This document shows, piece after piece, positions 12,901-27,400 of a DNA stretch of 64,000 nt (the first letter of the stretch is position 1; each line of letters starts with the position of its first letter). The notes under the pieces were generated by a model, which ran no database searches, had not been told where the DNA came from, and saw only the letters and a list, made by a program, of their open reading frames with translations. The stretch is from assembly GCA_043228905.1 (NCBI GenBank), contig JBHGNT010000154.1:401-64400 (forward strand), written 5' to 3'. This stretch comes from Azolla caroliniana. Its lineage: Eukaryota > Plantae > Polypodiophyta. The position numbers and the translations under genes were made by a program.

Positions 12901-15900
12901 CCTTCCTCAAGTTTTGTAATTTCGTCATGTCTCTCGACCTGACTTTCAAAATCTTGATTTTTTAATTCCATATCATAGCTAGCGTTGTTAGCTTCGATAC
13001 GCATGTTTGAACACAAAAATCCGATATCACACGAGCCAGGTATGAACAGTTTAATTTACTCAAGGGCTCCTCTCAACTCCTTCCTCAAGTTTGCTAATTT
13101 CGTCATGTCTCTCGACCTGACTTTGAAAATCTTGATTTTTTAATTCCATATCATAGCTAGCGTTGTTAGCTTCGATTCGCATGTTTGAACACAAAAATCC
13201 GATATCACACGAGCCAGGTATGAACATTTGAATTTACTCAAGGACTCCTCTCAACCCCTTCCTCAAGTTTGGTAATTTCGTCATGTCTCTCGACCTGAGT
13301 TTCAAAATCCTGATTTTTTAATTCCATATCATAGCTAGCGTTGTTAGCTTCGATACGCATGTTTGAACACAAAAATCCGATATCACACGAGCCAGGTATG
13401 AACAGTTTAATTTACTCAAGGGCTCCTCTCAACTCCTTCCTCAAGTTTGCTAATTTCGTCATGTCTCTCGACCTGACTTTGAAAATCTTGATTTTTTAAT
13501 TCCATATCATAGCTAGCGTTGTTAGCTTCGATTCGCATGTTTGAACACAAAAATCCGATATCACACGAGCCAGGTATGAACAGTTTAATTTACTCAAGGG
13601 CTCCTCTCAACTCCTTCCTCAAGTTTGCTAATTTCGTCATGTCTCTCGACCTGACTTTCAAAATCTTGATTTTTTAATTCCATATCATAGCTAGCGTTGT
13701 TAGCTTCGATACGCATGTTTGAACACAAAAATCCGATATCACACGAGCCAGGTATGAACAGTTTAATTTACTCAAGGGCTCCTCTCAACTCCTTCCTCAA
13801 GTTTGCTAATTTCGTCATGTCTCTCGACCTGAGTTTCAAAACCTTGATTTTTTAATTCCATATCATAGCTAGCGTTGTTAGCTTCGATACGCATGTTTGA
13901 ACACAAAAATCCGATATCACACGAGCCAGGTATGAACAGTTTAATTTACTCAAGGGCTCCTCTCAACTCCTTCCTCAAGTTTGCTAATTTCGTCATGTCT
14001 CTCGACCTGACTTTCAAAATCTTGATTTTTTAATTCCATATCATAGCTAGCGTTGTTAGCTTCGATACGCATGTTTGAACACAAAAATCCGATATCACAC
14101 GAGCCAGGTATGAACAGTTTAATTTACTCAAGGGCTCCTCTCAACTCCTTCCTCAAGTTTGCTAATTTCGTCATGTCTCTCGACCTGACTTTGAAAATCT
14201 TGATTTTTTAATTCCATATCATAGCTAGCGTTGTTAGCTTCGATTCGCATGTTTGAACACAAAAATCCGATATCACACGAGCCAGGTATGAACATTTGAA
14301 TTTACTCAAGGACTCCTCTCAACCCCTTCCTCAAGTTTGGTAATTTCGTCATGTCTCTCGACCTGAGTTTCAAAATCCTGATTTTTTAATTCCATATCAT
14401 AGCTAGCGTTGTTAGCTTCGATACGCATGTTTGAACACAAAAATCCGATATCACACGAGCCAGGTATGAACAGTTTAATTTACTCAAGGGCTCCTCTCAA
14501 CTCCTTCCTCAAGTTTGCTAATTTCGTCATGTCTCTCGACCTGACTTTGAAAATCTTGATTTTTTAATTCCATATCATAGCTAGCGTTGTTAGCTTCGAT
14601 TCGCATGTTTGAACACAAAAATCCGATATCACACGAGCCAGGTATGAACAGTTTAATTTACTCAAGGGCTCCTCTCAACTCCTTCCTCAAGTTTGCTAAT
14701 TTCGTCATGTCTCTCGACCTGACTTTCAAAATCTTGATTTTTTAATTCCATATCATAGCTAGCGTTGTTAGCTTCGATACGCATGTTTGAACACAAAAAT
14801 CCGATATCACACGAGCCAGGTATGAACAGTTTAATTTACTCAAGGGCTCCTCTCAACTCCTTCCTCAAGTTTGCTAATTTCGTCATGTCTCTCGACCTGA
14901 CTTTGAAAATCTTGATTTTTTAATTCCATATCATAGCTAGCGTTGTTAGCTTCGATTCGCATGTTTGAACACAAAAATCCGATATCACACGAGCCAGGTA
15001 TGAACAGTTTAATTTACTCAAGGGCTCCTCTCAACTCCTTCCTCAAGTTTGCTAATTTCGTCATGTCTCTCGACCTGACTTTCAAAATCTTGATTTTTTA
15101 ATTCCATATCATAGCTAGCGTTGTTAGCTTCGATTCGCATGTTTGAACACAAAAATCCGATATCACACGAGCCAGGTATGAACATTTGAATTTACTCAAG
15201 GACTGCTCTCAACTCCTTCCTCAAGTTTGCTAATTTCGTCATGTCTCTCGACCTGAGTTTCAAAACCTTGATTTTTTAATTCCATATCATAGCTAGCGTT
15301 GTTAGCTTCGATTCGCATGTTTGAACACAAAAATCCGATATCACACGAGCCAGGTATGAACATTTTAATTTACTCAAGGACTCCTCTCAACTCCTTCCTC
15401 AAGTTTGCTAATTTCGTCATGTCTCTCGACCTGAGTTTCAAAACCTTGATTTTTTAATTCCATATCATAGCTAGCATTGTTAGCTTCGATTCGCATGTTT
15501 GAACACAAAAATCCGATATAACACGAGCCAGGTATGAACATTTTAATTTACTCAAGGACTCCTCTCAACTCCTTCCTCAAGTTTGCTAATTTCGTCATGT
15601 CTCTCGACCTGAGTTTCAAAATCTGGATTTTTAAATTCCATATCATAGCTAGCGTTGTTAGCTTCGATTCGCATGTTTGAACACAAAAATCCGATATCAC
15701 ACGAGCCAGGTATGAACATTTTAATTTACTCAAGGACTCCTCTCAACTCCTTCCTCAAGTTTGCTAATTTCGTCATGTCTCTCGACCTGAGTTTCAAAAC
15801 CTTGATTTTTTAATTCCATATCATAGCTAGCATTGTTAGCTTCGATTCGCATGTTTGAACACAAAAATCCGATATAACACGAGCCAGGTATGAACATTTT

Positions 15901-18900
15901 AATTTACTCAAGGACTCCTCTCAACCCCTTCCTCAAGTTTGCTAATTTCGTCATGTCTCTCGACCTGAGTTTCAAAATCTTGATTTTTTAATTCCATATC
16001 ATAGCTAGCGTTGTTAGCTTCGATACGCATGTTTGAACACAAAAATCCGATATCACACGAGCCAGGTATGAACAGTTTAATTTACTCAAGGGCTCCTCTC
16101 AACTCCTTCCTCAAGTTTGCTAATTTCGTCATGTCTCTCGACCTGACTTTCAAAATCTTGATTTTTTAATTCCATATCATAGCTAGCGTTGTTAGCTTCG
16201 ATTCGCATGTTTGAACACAAAAATCCGATATCACACGAGCCAGGTATGAACATTTTAATTTACTCAAGGACTCCTCTCAACTCCTTCCTCAAGTTTGCTA
16301 ATTTCGTCATGTCTCTCGACCTGAGTTTCAAAACCTTGATTTTTTAATTCCATATCATAGCTAGCATTGTTAGCTTCGATTCGCATGTTTGAACACAAAA
16401 ATCCGATATCACACGAGCCAGGTATGAACATTTTAATTTACTCAAGGACTCCTCTCAACTCCTTCCTCAAGTTTGCTAATTTCGTCATGTCTCTCGACCT
16501 GAGTTTCAAAACCTTGATTTTTTAATTCCATATCATAGCTAGCATTGTTAGCTTCGATTCGCATGTTTGAACACAAAAATCCGATATAACACGAGCCAGG
16601 TATGAACATTTTAATTTACTCAAGGACTCCTCTCAACTCCTTCCTCAAGTTTGCTAATTTCGTCATGTCTCTCGACCTGAGTTTCAAAATCTGGATTTTT
16701 AAATTCCATATCATAGCTAGCGTTGTTAGCTTCGATTCGCATGTTTGAACACAAAAATCCGATATCACACGAGCCAGGTATAAACATTTTAATTTACCTA
16801 CTAGCTCTTCTCAACTCCCTCCTCAAATTTGGTAATTTCGTCAGGTCTCTCGCCCTGAGTTTCAAAATCCTGATTTTTTAATTCCATATCATAGCTAGCG
16901 TTGTTAGCTTCGATTCGCATGTTTGAACACAAAAATCCGATATCACACGAGCCAGGTATGAACAGTTTAATTTACTCAAGGGCTCCTCTCAACTGCCTCC
17001 TCAAGTTTGCTATTTTCGTCATGTCTCTCGTCCTGAGTTTCAAAATCTTGATTTTTAAATTCCATATCATAGCTAGCGTTGTTACCTTCGACTCGCATGT
17101 TTGAACACAAAAATCCGATATTACACGAGCCAGGTATGAACATTTTAATTTACTCAAGGACTCCTCTCAACTCCTTCCTCAAGTTTGCTAATTTCGTCAT
17201 GTCTCTCGACCTAAGTTTCAAAACCTTGATTTTTTAATTCCATATCATAGCTAGCATTGTTAGCTTCGATTCGCATGTTTGAACACAAAAATCCGATATA
17301 ACACGAGCCAGGTATGAACATTTTAATTTACTCAAGGACTCCTCTCAACCCCTTCCTCAAGTTTGCTAATTTCGTCATGTCTCTCGACCTGAGTTTCAAA
17401 ATCTGGATTTTTAAATTCCATATCATAGCTAGCGTTGTTAGCTTCGATTCGCATGTTTGAACACAAAAATCCGATATCACACGAGCCAGGTATAAACATT
17501 TTAATTTACCTACTAGCTCTTCTCAACTCCCTCCTCAAATTTGGTAATTTCGTCAGGTCTCTCGCCCTGAGTTTCAAAATCCTGATTTTTTAATTCCATA
17601 TCATAGCTAGCGTTGTTAGCTTCGATTCGCATGTTTGAACACAAAAATCCGATATCACACGAGCCAGGTATGAACAGTTTAATTTACTCAAGGGCTCCTC
17701 TCAACTCCCTCCTCAAGTTTGCTATTTTCGTCATGTCTCTCGACCTGAGTTTCAAAATCTTGATTTTTAAATTCCATATCATAGCTAGCGTTGTTACCTT
17801 CGACTCGCATGTTTGAACACAAAAATCCGATATCACACGAGCCAGGTATGAACATTTAAATTTACCTCCTAGCTCTTCTAACCTCACTCCTCAAATTTGG
17901 TAATTTCATCATGTCTCTCGACCTGAGTTTCAAAATCTTGATTTTTTAATTCCATATCATAACCCTAAACCCTAAAAATCCGATATAACACAAGCCAGGT
18001 ATGAACATTTTAATTTACTCAAGGACTCCTCTCAACCCCTTCCTCAAGTTTTGTAATTTCGTCATGTCTCTCGACCTGACTTTCAAAATCTTCATTTTTT
18101 AATTCCATATCATAGCTAGCGTTGTTAGCTTCGATACGCATGTTTGAACACAAAAATCTGATATCACACGAGCCAGGTATGAACAGTTTAATTTACTCAA
18201 GGGCTCCTCTCAACTCCTTCCTCAAGTTTGCTAATTTCGTCATGTCTCTCGACCTGACTTTGAAAATCTTGATTTTTTAATTCCATATCATAGCTAGCGT
18301 TGTTAGCTTCGATACGCATGTTTGAACACAAAAATCTGATATCACACGAGCCAGGTATGAACAGTTTAATTTACTCAAGGGCTCCTCTCAACTCCTTCCT
18401 CAAGTTTGCTAATTTCGTCATGTCTCTCGACCTGACTTTGAAAATCTTGATTTTTTAATTCCATATCATAGCTAGCGTTGTTAGCTTCGATTCGCATGTT
18501 TGAACACAAAAATCCGATATCACACGAGCCAGGTATGAACAGTTTAATTTACTCAAGGGCTCCTCTCAACTCCTTCCTCAAGTTTGCTAATTTCGTCATG
18601 TCTCTCGACCTGACTTTCAAAATCTTGATTTTTTAATTCCATATCATAGCTAGCGTTGTTAGCTTCGATTCGCATGTTTGAACACAAAAATCCGATATCA
18701 CACGAGCCAGGTATGAACATTTGAATTTACTCAAGGACTGCTCTCAACTCCTTCCTCAAGTTTTCTAATTTCGTCATGTCTCTCGACCTGAGTTTCAAAA
18801 CCTTGATTTTTTAATTCCATATCATAGCTAGCGTTGTTAGCTTCGATTCGCATGTTTGAACACAAAAATCCGATATCACACGAGCCAGGTATGAACATTT

Positions 18901-21430
18901 TAATTTACTCAAGGACTCCTCTCAACTCCTTCCTCAAGTTTGCTAATTTCGTCATGTCTCTCGACCTGAGTTTCAAAACCTTGATTTTTTAATTCCATAT
19001 CATAGCTAGCATTGTTAGCTTCGATTCGCATGTTTGAACACAAAAATCCGATATAACAGGAGCCAGGTATGAACATTTTAATTTACTCAAGGACTCCTCT
19101 CAACTCCTTCCTCAAGTTTGCTAATTTCGTCATGTCCCTCGACCTGAGTTTCAAAATCTAGATTTTTAAATTCCATATCATAGCTAGCGTTGTTAGCTTC
19201 GATTCGCATGTTTGAACACAAAAATCCGATATCACACGAGCCAGGTATGAACATTTTAATTTACTCAAGGACTCCTCTCAACTCCTTCCTCAAGTTTGCT
19301 AATTTCGTCATGTCTCTCGACCTGAGTTTCAAAACCTTGATTTTTTAATTCCATATCATAGCTAGCATTGTTAGCTTCGATTCGCATGTTTGAACACAAA
19401 AATCCGATATAACACGAGCCAGGTATGAACATTTTAATTTACTCAAGGACTCCTCTCAACCCCTTCCTCAAGTTTGCTAATTTCGTCATGTCTCTCGACC
19501 TGAGTTTCAAAATCTTGATTTTTTAATTCCATATCATAGCTAGCGTTGTTAGCTTCGATACGCATGTTTGAACACAAAAATCCGATATCACACGAGCCAG
19601 GTATGAACAGTTTAATTTACTCAAGGGCTCCTCTCAACTCCTTCCTCAAGTTTGCTAATTTCGTCATGTCTCTCGACCTGACTTTCAAAATCTTGATTTT
19701 TTAATTCCATATCATAGCTAGCGTTGTTAGCTTCGATTCGCATGTTTGAACACAAAAATCCGATATCACACGAGCCAGGTATGAACATTTTAATTTACTC
19801 AAGGACTCCTCTCAACTCCTTCCTCAAGTTTGCTAATTTCGTCATGTCTCTCGACCTGAGTTTCAAAACCTTGATTTTTTAATTCCATATCATAGCTAGC
19901 ATTGTTAGCTTCGATTCGCATGTTTGAACACAAAAATCCGATATCACACGAGCCAGGTATGAACATTTTAATTTACTCAAGGACTCCTCTCAACTCCTTC
20001 CTCAAGTTTGCTAATTTCGTCATGTCTCTCGACCTGAGTTTCAAAACCTTGATTTTTTAATTCCATATCATAGCTAGCATTGTTAGCTTCGATTCGCATG
20101 TTTGAACACAAAAATCCGATATAACACGAGCCAGGTATGAACATTTTAATTTACTCAAGGACTCCTCTCAACTCCTTCCTCAAGTTTGCTAATTTCGTCA
20201 TGTCTCTCGACCTGAGTTTCAAAATCTGGATTTTTAAATTCCATATCATAGCTAGCGTTGTTAGCTTCGATTCGCATGTTTGAACACAAAAATCCGATAT
20301 CACACGAGCCAGGTATAAACATTTTAATTTACCTACTAGCTCTTCTCAACTCCCTCCTCAAATTTGGTAATTTCGTCAGGTCTCTCGCCCTGAGTTTCAA
20401 AATCCTGATTTTTTAATTCCATATCATAGCTAGCGTTGTTAGCTTCGATTCGCATGTTTGAACACAAAAATCCGATATCACACGAGCCAGGTATGAACAG
20501 TTTAATTTACTCAAGGGCTCCTCTCAACTGCCTCCTCAAGTTTGCTATTTTCGTCATGTCTCTCGTCCTGAGTTTCAAAATCTTGATTTTTAAATTCCAT
20601 ATCATAGCTAGCGTTGTTACCTTCGACTCGCATGTTTGAACACAAAAATCCGATATTACACGAGCCAGGTATGAACATTTTAATTTACTCAAGGACTCCT
20701 CTCAACTCCTTCCTCAAGTTTGCTAATTTCGTCATGTCTCTCGACCTAAGTTTCAAAACCTTGATTTTTTAATTCCATATAATAGCTAGCATTGTTAGCT
20801 TCGATTCGCATGTTTGAACACAAAAATCCGATATAACACGAGCCAGGTATGAACATTTTAATTTACTCAAGGACTCCTCTCAACCCCTTCCTCAAGTTTG
20901 CTAATTTCGTCATGTCTCTCGACCTGAGTTTCAAAACCTTGATTTTTTAATTCCATATCATAGCTAGCGTTGTTAGCTTCGATTCGCATGTTTGAACACA
21001 AAAATCCGATATCACACGAGCCAGGTATAAACATTTTAATTTACCTACTAGCTCTTCTCAACTCCCTCCTCAAATTTGGTAATTTCGTCAGGTCTCTCGC
21101 CCTGAGTTTCAAAATCCTGATTTTTTAATTCCATATCATAGCTAGCGTTGTTAGCTTCGATTCGCATGTTTGAACACAAAAATCCGATATCACACGAGCC
21201 AGGTATGAACAGTTTAATTTACTCAAGGGCTCCTCTCAACTCCCTCCTCAAGTTTGCTATTTTCGTCATGTCTCTCGACCTGAGTTTCAAAATCTTGATT
21301 TTTAAATTCCATATCATAGCTAGCGTTGTTACCTTCGACTCGCATGTTTGAACACAAAAATCCGATATCACACGAGCCAGGTATGAACATTTAAATTTAC
21401 CTCCTAGCTCTTCTAACCTCACTCCTCAAA
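12837..21430 (+). repeat. Tandem duplication whose junction carries the telomere insertion: copy 1 about 12837-17961, copy 2 about 17974-21430
   Basis: ORF offsets 16901/20436 and 17613/21148 equal 3535 (20x178-25). Both copies start with the rare GATATAACACAAGCC...CCCCTT...GTTTTGTAAT monomer and end with the CCTCCTAGCTCTTCTAACCTCAC monomer. Copy 1 has nine extra internal monomers. Confidence 0.8.
17961..17976 (-). repeat. Interstitial plant-type telomere repeat, AA(CCCTAAA)2, read on the minus strand as (TTTAGGG)2TT, replacing 37 bp of the monomer
   Basis: The sequence is CATATCATA-ACCCTAAACCCT-AAAAATCCGAT, where the normal monomer has CATATCATA-GCTAGC...TTTGAACAC-AAAAATCCGAT. The net change is -25 bp, confirmed by ORF offset 17613/20436 = 16x178-25. 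Confidence 0.9.
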
Positions 21431-24400
21431 TTTGCTAATTTCGTCATGTCTCTCGACCTAAGTTTCAAAACCTTGATTTTTTAATTCCATATCATAGCTA
21501 GCATTGTTAGCTTCGATTCGCATGTTTGAACACAAAAATCCGATATAACACGAGCCAGGTATGAACATTTTAATTTACTCAAGGACTCCTCTCAACCCCT
21601 TCCTCAAGTTTGCTAATTTCGTCATGTCTCTCGACCTGAGTTTCAAAATCTGGATTTTTAAATTCCATATCATAGCTAGCGTTGTTAGCTTCGATTCGCA
21701 TGTTTGAACACAAAAATCCGATATCACACGAGCCAGGTATAAACATTTTAATTTACCTACTAGCTCTTCTCAACTCCCTCCTCAAATTTGGTAATTTCGT
21801 CAGGTCTCTCGCCCTGAGTTTCAAAATCCTGATTTTTTAATTCCATATCATAGCTAGCGTTGTTAGCTTCGATTCGCATGTTTGAACACAAAAATCCGAC
21901 ATCACACGAGCCAGGTATGAACAGTTTAATTTACTCAAGGGCTCCTCTCAACTCCCTCCTCAAGTTTGCTATTTTCGTCATGTCTCTCGACCTGAGTTTC
22001 AAAATCTTGATTTTTAAATTCCATATCATAGCTAGCGTTGTTACCTTCGACTCGCATGTTTGAACACAAAAATCCGATATCACACGAGCCAGGTATGAAC
22101 ATTTTAATTTACTCAAGGACTCCTCTCAACTCCTTCCTCAAGTTTGCTAATTTCGTCTTGTCTCTCGACCTAAGTTTCAAAACCTTGATTTTTTAATTCC
22201 ATATCATAGCTAGCATTGTTAGCTTCGATTCGCATGTTTGAACACAAAAATCCGATATAACACGAGCCAGGTATGAACATTTTAATTTACTCAAGGACTC
22301 CTCTCAACCCCTTCCTCAAGTTTGCTAATTTCGTCATGTCTCTCGACCTGAGTTTCAAAATCTGGATTTATAAATTCCATATCATAGCTAGCGTTGTTAG
22401 CTTCGATTCGCATGTTTGAACACAAAAATCCGATATCACACGAGCCAGGTATAAACATTTTAATTTACTCAAGGGCTCCTCTCAACTCCTTCCTCAAGTT
22501 TGCTAATTTCGTCATGTCTCTCGACCTGAGTTTCAAAACCTTGATTTTTTAATTCCATATCATAGCTAGCATTGTTAGCTTCGATTCGCATGTTTGAACA
22601 CAAAAATCCGATATCACACGAGCCAGGTATGAACATTTTAATTTACTTAAGGGCTCCTCTCAACTCCTTCCTCAAATTTGCTAATTTCGTCATGTCTCTC
22701 GACCTGAGTTTCAAAATCTGGATTTTTAAATTCCATATCATAGCTAGCGTTGTTAGCTTCGATTCGCATGTTTGAACACAAAAATCCGATATCACACGAG
22801 CCAGGTATAAACATTTTAATTTACCTACTAGCTCTTCTCAACTCCCTCCTCAAATTTGGTAATTTCGTCAGGTCTCTCGACGTGAGTTTCAAAATCCTGA
22901 TTTTTTAATTCCATATCATAGCTAGCGTTGTTAGCTTCGATTCGCATGTTTGAACACAAAAATCTGATATCACACGAGCCAGGTATGAACAGTTTAATTT
23001 ACTCAAGGGCTCCTCTCAACTCCCTCCTCAAGTTTGCTATTTTCGTCATGTCTCTCGACCTAAGTTTCAAAATCTTGATTTTTTAATTCCATATCATAGC
23101 TAGCGTTGTTACCTTCGATTCGCATGTTTGAACACAAAAATCCGATATCACACGAGCCAGGTATGAACATTTTAATTTACTCAAGGGCTCCTCTCAACTC
23201 CCTCCTCAAATTTGCTAATTTCGTCATGTCTCTCGACCTTAGTTTCAAAAACTTGATTTTTTAATTCCATATCATAGCTAGGGTTGTTAGCTCTGATTCG
23301 CATGTTTGAACACAAAAATCCGATATCACACGAGCCAGGTATAAACATTTTAATTTACCTATTAGCTCTTCTCAACTCCCTCCTCAAATTTGGTAATTTC
23401 GTCAGGTCTCTCGACCTGAGTTTCAAAATCCTGATTTTTTAATTCCATATCATAGCTAGCGTTGTTAGCTTCGATTCGCATGTTTGAACACAAAAATCCG
23501 ATATCACACGAGCCAGGTATGAACAGTTTAATTTACTCAAGGGCTCCTCTCAACTCCTTCCTCAAGTTTGCTAATTTCGTCATGTCTCTCGACCTGACTT
23601 TCAAAATCTTGATTTTTTAATTCCATATTATAGCTAGCGTTGTTAGCTTCGATTCGCATGTTTGAACACAAAAATCCGATATCACACGAGCCAGGTATGA
23701 ACATTTTAATTTACTCAAGGACTGCTCTCAACTCCTTCCTCAAGTTTGCTAATTTCGTCATGTCTCTCGACCTGAGTTTCAAAACCTTGATTTTTTAATT
23801 CCATATCATAACTAGCGTTGTTAGCTTCGATTCGCATGTTTGAACACAAAAATCCGATATAACACGAGCCAGGTATGAACATTTTAATTTACTCAAGGAC
23901 TCCTCTCAACTCCTTCCTCAAGTTTGCTAATTTCGTCATGTCTCTCGACCTGAGTTTCAAAATCTGGATTTTTAAATTCCATATCATAGCTAGCGTTGTT
24001 AGCTTCGATTCGCATGTTTGAACACAAAAATCCGATATCACACGAGCCAGGTATAAACATTTTAATTTACCTACTAGCTCTTCTCAACTCCCTCCTCAAA
24101 TTTGGTAATTTCGTCAGGTCTCTCGACCTGAGTTTCAAAATCCTGATTTTTTAATTCCATATCATAGCTAGCGTTGTTAGCTTCGATTCGCATGTTTGAA
24201 CACAAAAATCCGATATCACACGAGCCAGGTATGAACAGTTTAATTTACTCAAGGGCTCCTCTCAACTCCTTCCTCAAGTTTGCTAATTTCGTCATGTCTC
24301 TCGACCTGACTTTCAAAATCTTGATTTTTTAATTCCATATTATAGCTAGCGTTGTTAGCTTCGATTCGCATGTTTGAACACAAAAATCCGATATCACACG

Positions 24401-24479
24401 AGCCAGGTATGAACAGTTTAATTTACTCAAGGGCTCCTCTCAACTCCCTCCTCAAGTTTGCTATTTTCGTCATGTCTCT

Positions 24480-27400
24480 CGACCTGAGTTTCAAAATCTT
24501 GATTTTTAAATTCCATATCATAGCTAGCGTTGTTACCTTCGACTCGCATGTTTGAACACAAAAATCCGATATCACTCGAGCCAGGTATGAACATTTTAAT
24601 TTACTCAAGGACTCCTCTCAACTCCTTCCTCAAGTTTGCTAATTTCGTCATGTCTCTCGACCTGAGTTTCAAAACCTTGATTTTTTAATTCCATATCATA
24701 GCTAGCGTTGTTAGCTTCGATTCGCATGTTTGAACACAAAAATCCGATATCACACGAGCCAGGTATGAACAGTTTAATTTACTCAAGGGCTCCTCTCAAC
24801 TCCCTCCTCAAGTTTGCTATTTTCGTCATGTCTCTCGACCTGAGCTTCAAAATCTTGATTTTTTAATTCCATATCATAGCTAGCGTTGTTACCTTCGACT
24901 CGCATGTTTGAACACAAAAATCCGATATCACACGAGCCAGGTATGAACATTTTAATTTACTCAAGGACTCCTCTCAACTCCTTCCTCAAGTTTGCTAATT
25001 TCGTCATGTCTCTCGACCTGAGTTTCAAAACCTTGATTTTTTAATTCCATATCATAGCTAGCATTGTTAGCTTCGATTCGCATGTTTGAACACAAAAATC
25101 CGATATAACACGAGCCAGGTATGAACATTTTAATTTACTCAAGGACTCCTCTCAACCCCTTCCTCAAGTTTGCTAATTTCGTCATGTCTCTCGACCTGAC
25201 TTTCAAAATCTTGATTTTTTAATTCCATATCATAGCTAGCGTTGTTAGCTTCGATACGCATGTTTGAACACAAAAATCCGATATCACACGAGCCAGGTAT
25301 GAACAGTTTAATTTACTCAAGGGCTCCTCTCAACTCCTTCCTCAAGTTTGCTAATTTCGTCATGTCTCTCGACCTGAGTTTCAAAACCTTGATTTTTTAA
25401 TTCCATATCATAGCTAGCGTTGTTAGCTTCGATTCGCATGTTTGAACACAAAAATCCGATATCACACGAGCCAGGTATAAACAGTTTAATTTACTCAAGG
25501 GCTCCTCTCAACTCCTTCCTCAAGTTTGCTAATTTCGTCATGTCTCTCGACCTGACTTTCAAAATCTTGATTTTTTTATTCCATATCATAGCTAGCGTTG
25601 TTAGCTTCGATTCGCATGTTTGAACACAAAAATCCGATATCACACGAGCCAGGTATGAACATTTGAATTTACTCCAGGACTGCTCTCAACTCCTTCCTCA
25701 AGTTTGCTAATTTCGTCATGTCTCTCGACCTGAGTTTCAAAACCTTGATTTTTTAATTCCATATCATAGCTAGCGTTGTTAGCTTCGATTCGCATGTTTG
25801 AACACAAAAATCCGATATAACACGAGCCAGGTATGAACATTTTAATTTACTCAAGGACTCCTCTCAACTCCTTCCTCAAGTTTGCTAATTTCGTCATGTC
25901 TCTCGACCTGAGTTTCAAAATCTGGATTTTTTAATTCCATATCATAGCTAGCGTTGTTAGCTTCGATTCGCATGTTTGAACACAAAAATCCGATATCACA
26001 CGAGCCAGGTATAAACATTTTAATTTACCTACTAGCTCTTCTCAACTCCCTCCTCAAATTTGGTAATTTCGTCAGGTCTCTCGACCTGAGTTTCAAAATC
26101 CTGATTTTTTAATTCCATATCATAGCTAGCATTGTTAGCTTCGATTCGCATGTTTGAACACAAAAATCCGATATAACACGAGCCAGGTATGAACATTTTA
26201 ATTTACTCAAGGACTCCTCTCAACCCCTTCCTCAAGTTTGGTAATTTCGTCATGTCTCTCGACCTGAGTTTCAAAATCCTGATTTTTTAATTCCATATCA
26301 TAGCTAGCGTTGTTAGCTTCGATACGCATGTTTGAACACAAAAATCCGATATCACACGAGCCAGGTATGAACAGTTTAATTTAGTCAAGGGCTCCTCTCA
26401 ACTCCTTCCTCAAGTTTGCTAATTTCGTCATGTCTCTCGACCTGACTTTCAAAATCTTGATTTTTTTATTCCATATCATAGCTAGCGTTGTTAGCTTCGA
26501 TTCGCATGTTTGAACACAAAAATCCGATATCACACGAGCCAGGTATGAACATTTGAATTTACTCAAGGACTGCTCTCAACTCCTTCCTCAAGTTTCCTAA
26601 TTTCGTCATGTCTCTCGACCTGAGTTTCAAAACCTTGATTTTTTAATTCCATATCATAGCTAGCATTGTTAGCTTCGATTCGCATGTTTGAACACAAAAA
26701 TCCGATATAACACGAGCCAGGTATGAACATTTTAATTTACTCAAGGACTCCTCTCAACCCCTTCCTCAAGTTTGCTAATTTCGTCATGTCTCTCGACCTG
26801 ACTTTCAAAATCTTGATTTTTTAATTCCATATCATAGCTAGCGTTGTTAGCTTCGATACGCATGTTTGAACACAAAAATCCGATATCACACGAGCCAGGT
26901 ATGAACAGTTTAATTTACTCAAGGGCTCCTCTCAACTCCTTCCTCAAGTTTGCTAATTTCGTCATGTCTCTCGACCTGAGTTTCAAAACCTTGATTTTTT
27001 AATTCCATATCATAGCTAGCGTTGTTAGCTTCGATTCGCATGTTTGAACACAAAAATCCGATATCACACGAGCCAGGTATAAACAGTTTAATTTACTCAA
27101 GGGCTCCTCTCAACTCCTTCCTCAAGTTTGCTAATTTCGTCATGTCTCTCGACCTGACTTTCAAAATCTTGATTTTTTTATTCCATATCATAGCTAGCGT
27201 TGTTAGCTTCGATTCGCATGTTTGAACACAAAAATCCGATATCACACGAGCCAGGTATGAACATTTGAATTTACTCCAGGACTGCTCTCAACTCCTTCCT
27301 CAAGTTTGCTAATTTCGTCATGTCTCTCGACCTGAGTTTCAAAACCTTGATTTTTTAATTCCATATCATAGCTAGCGTTGTTAGCTTCGATTCGCATGTT

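Noticed and set aside
17961-17976. Telo-box promoter element or a true chromosome end
   Set aside because: AAACCCTA matches the telo-box, but no gene is nearby and the motif sits at a rearrangement junction. There are only two repeats, with satellite on both sides.
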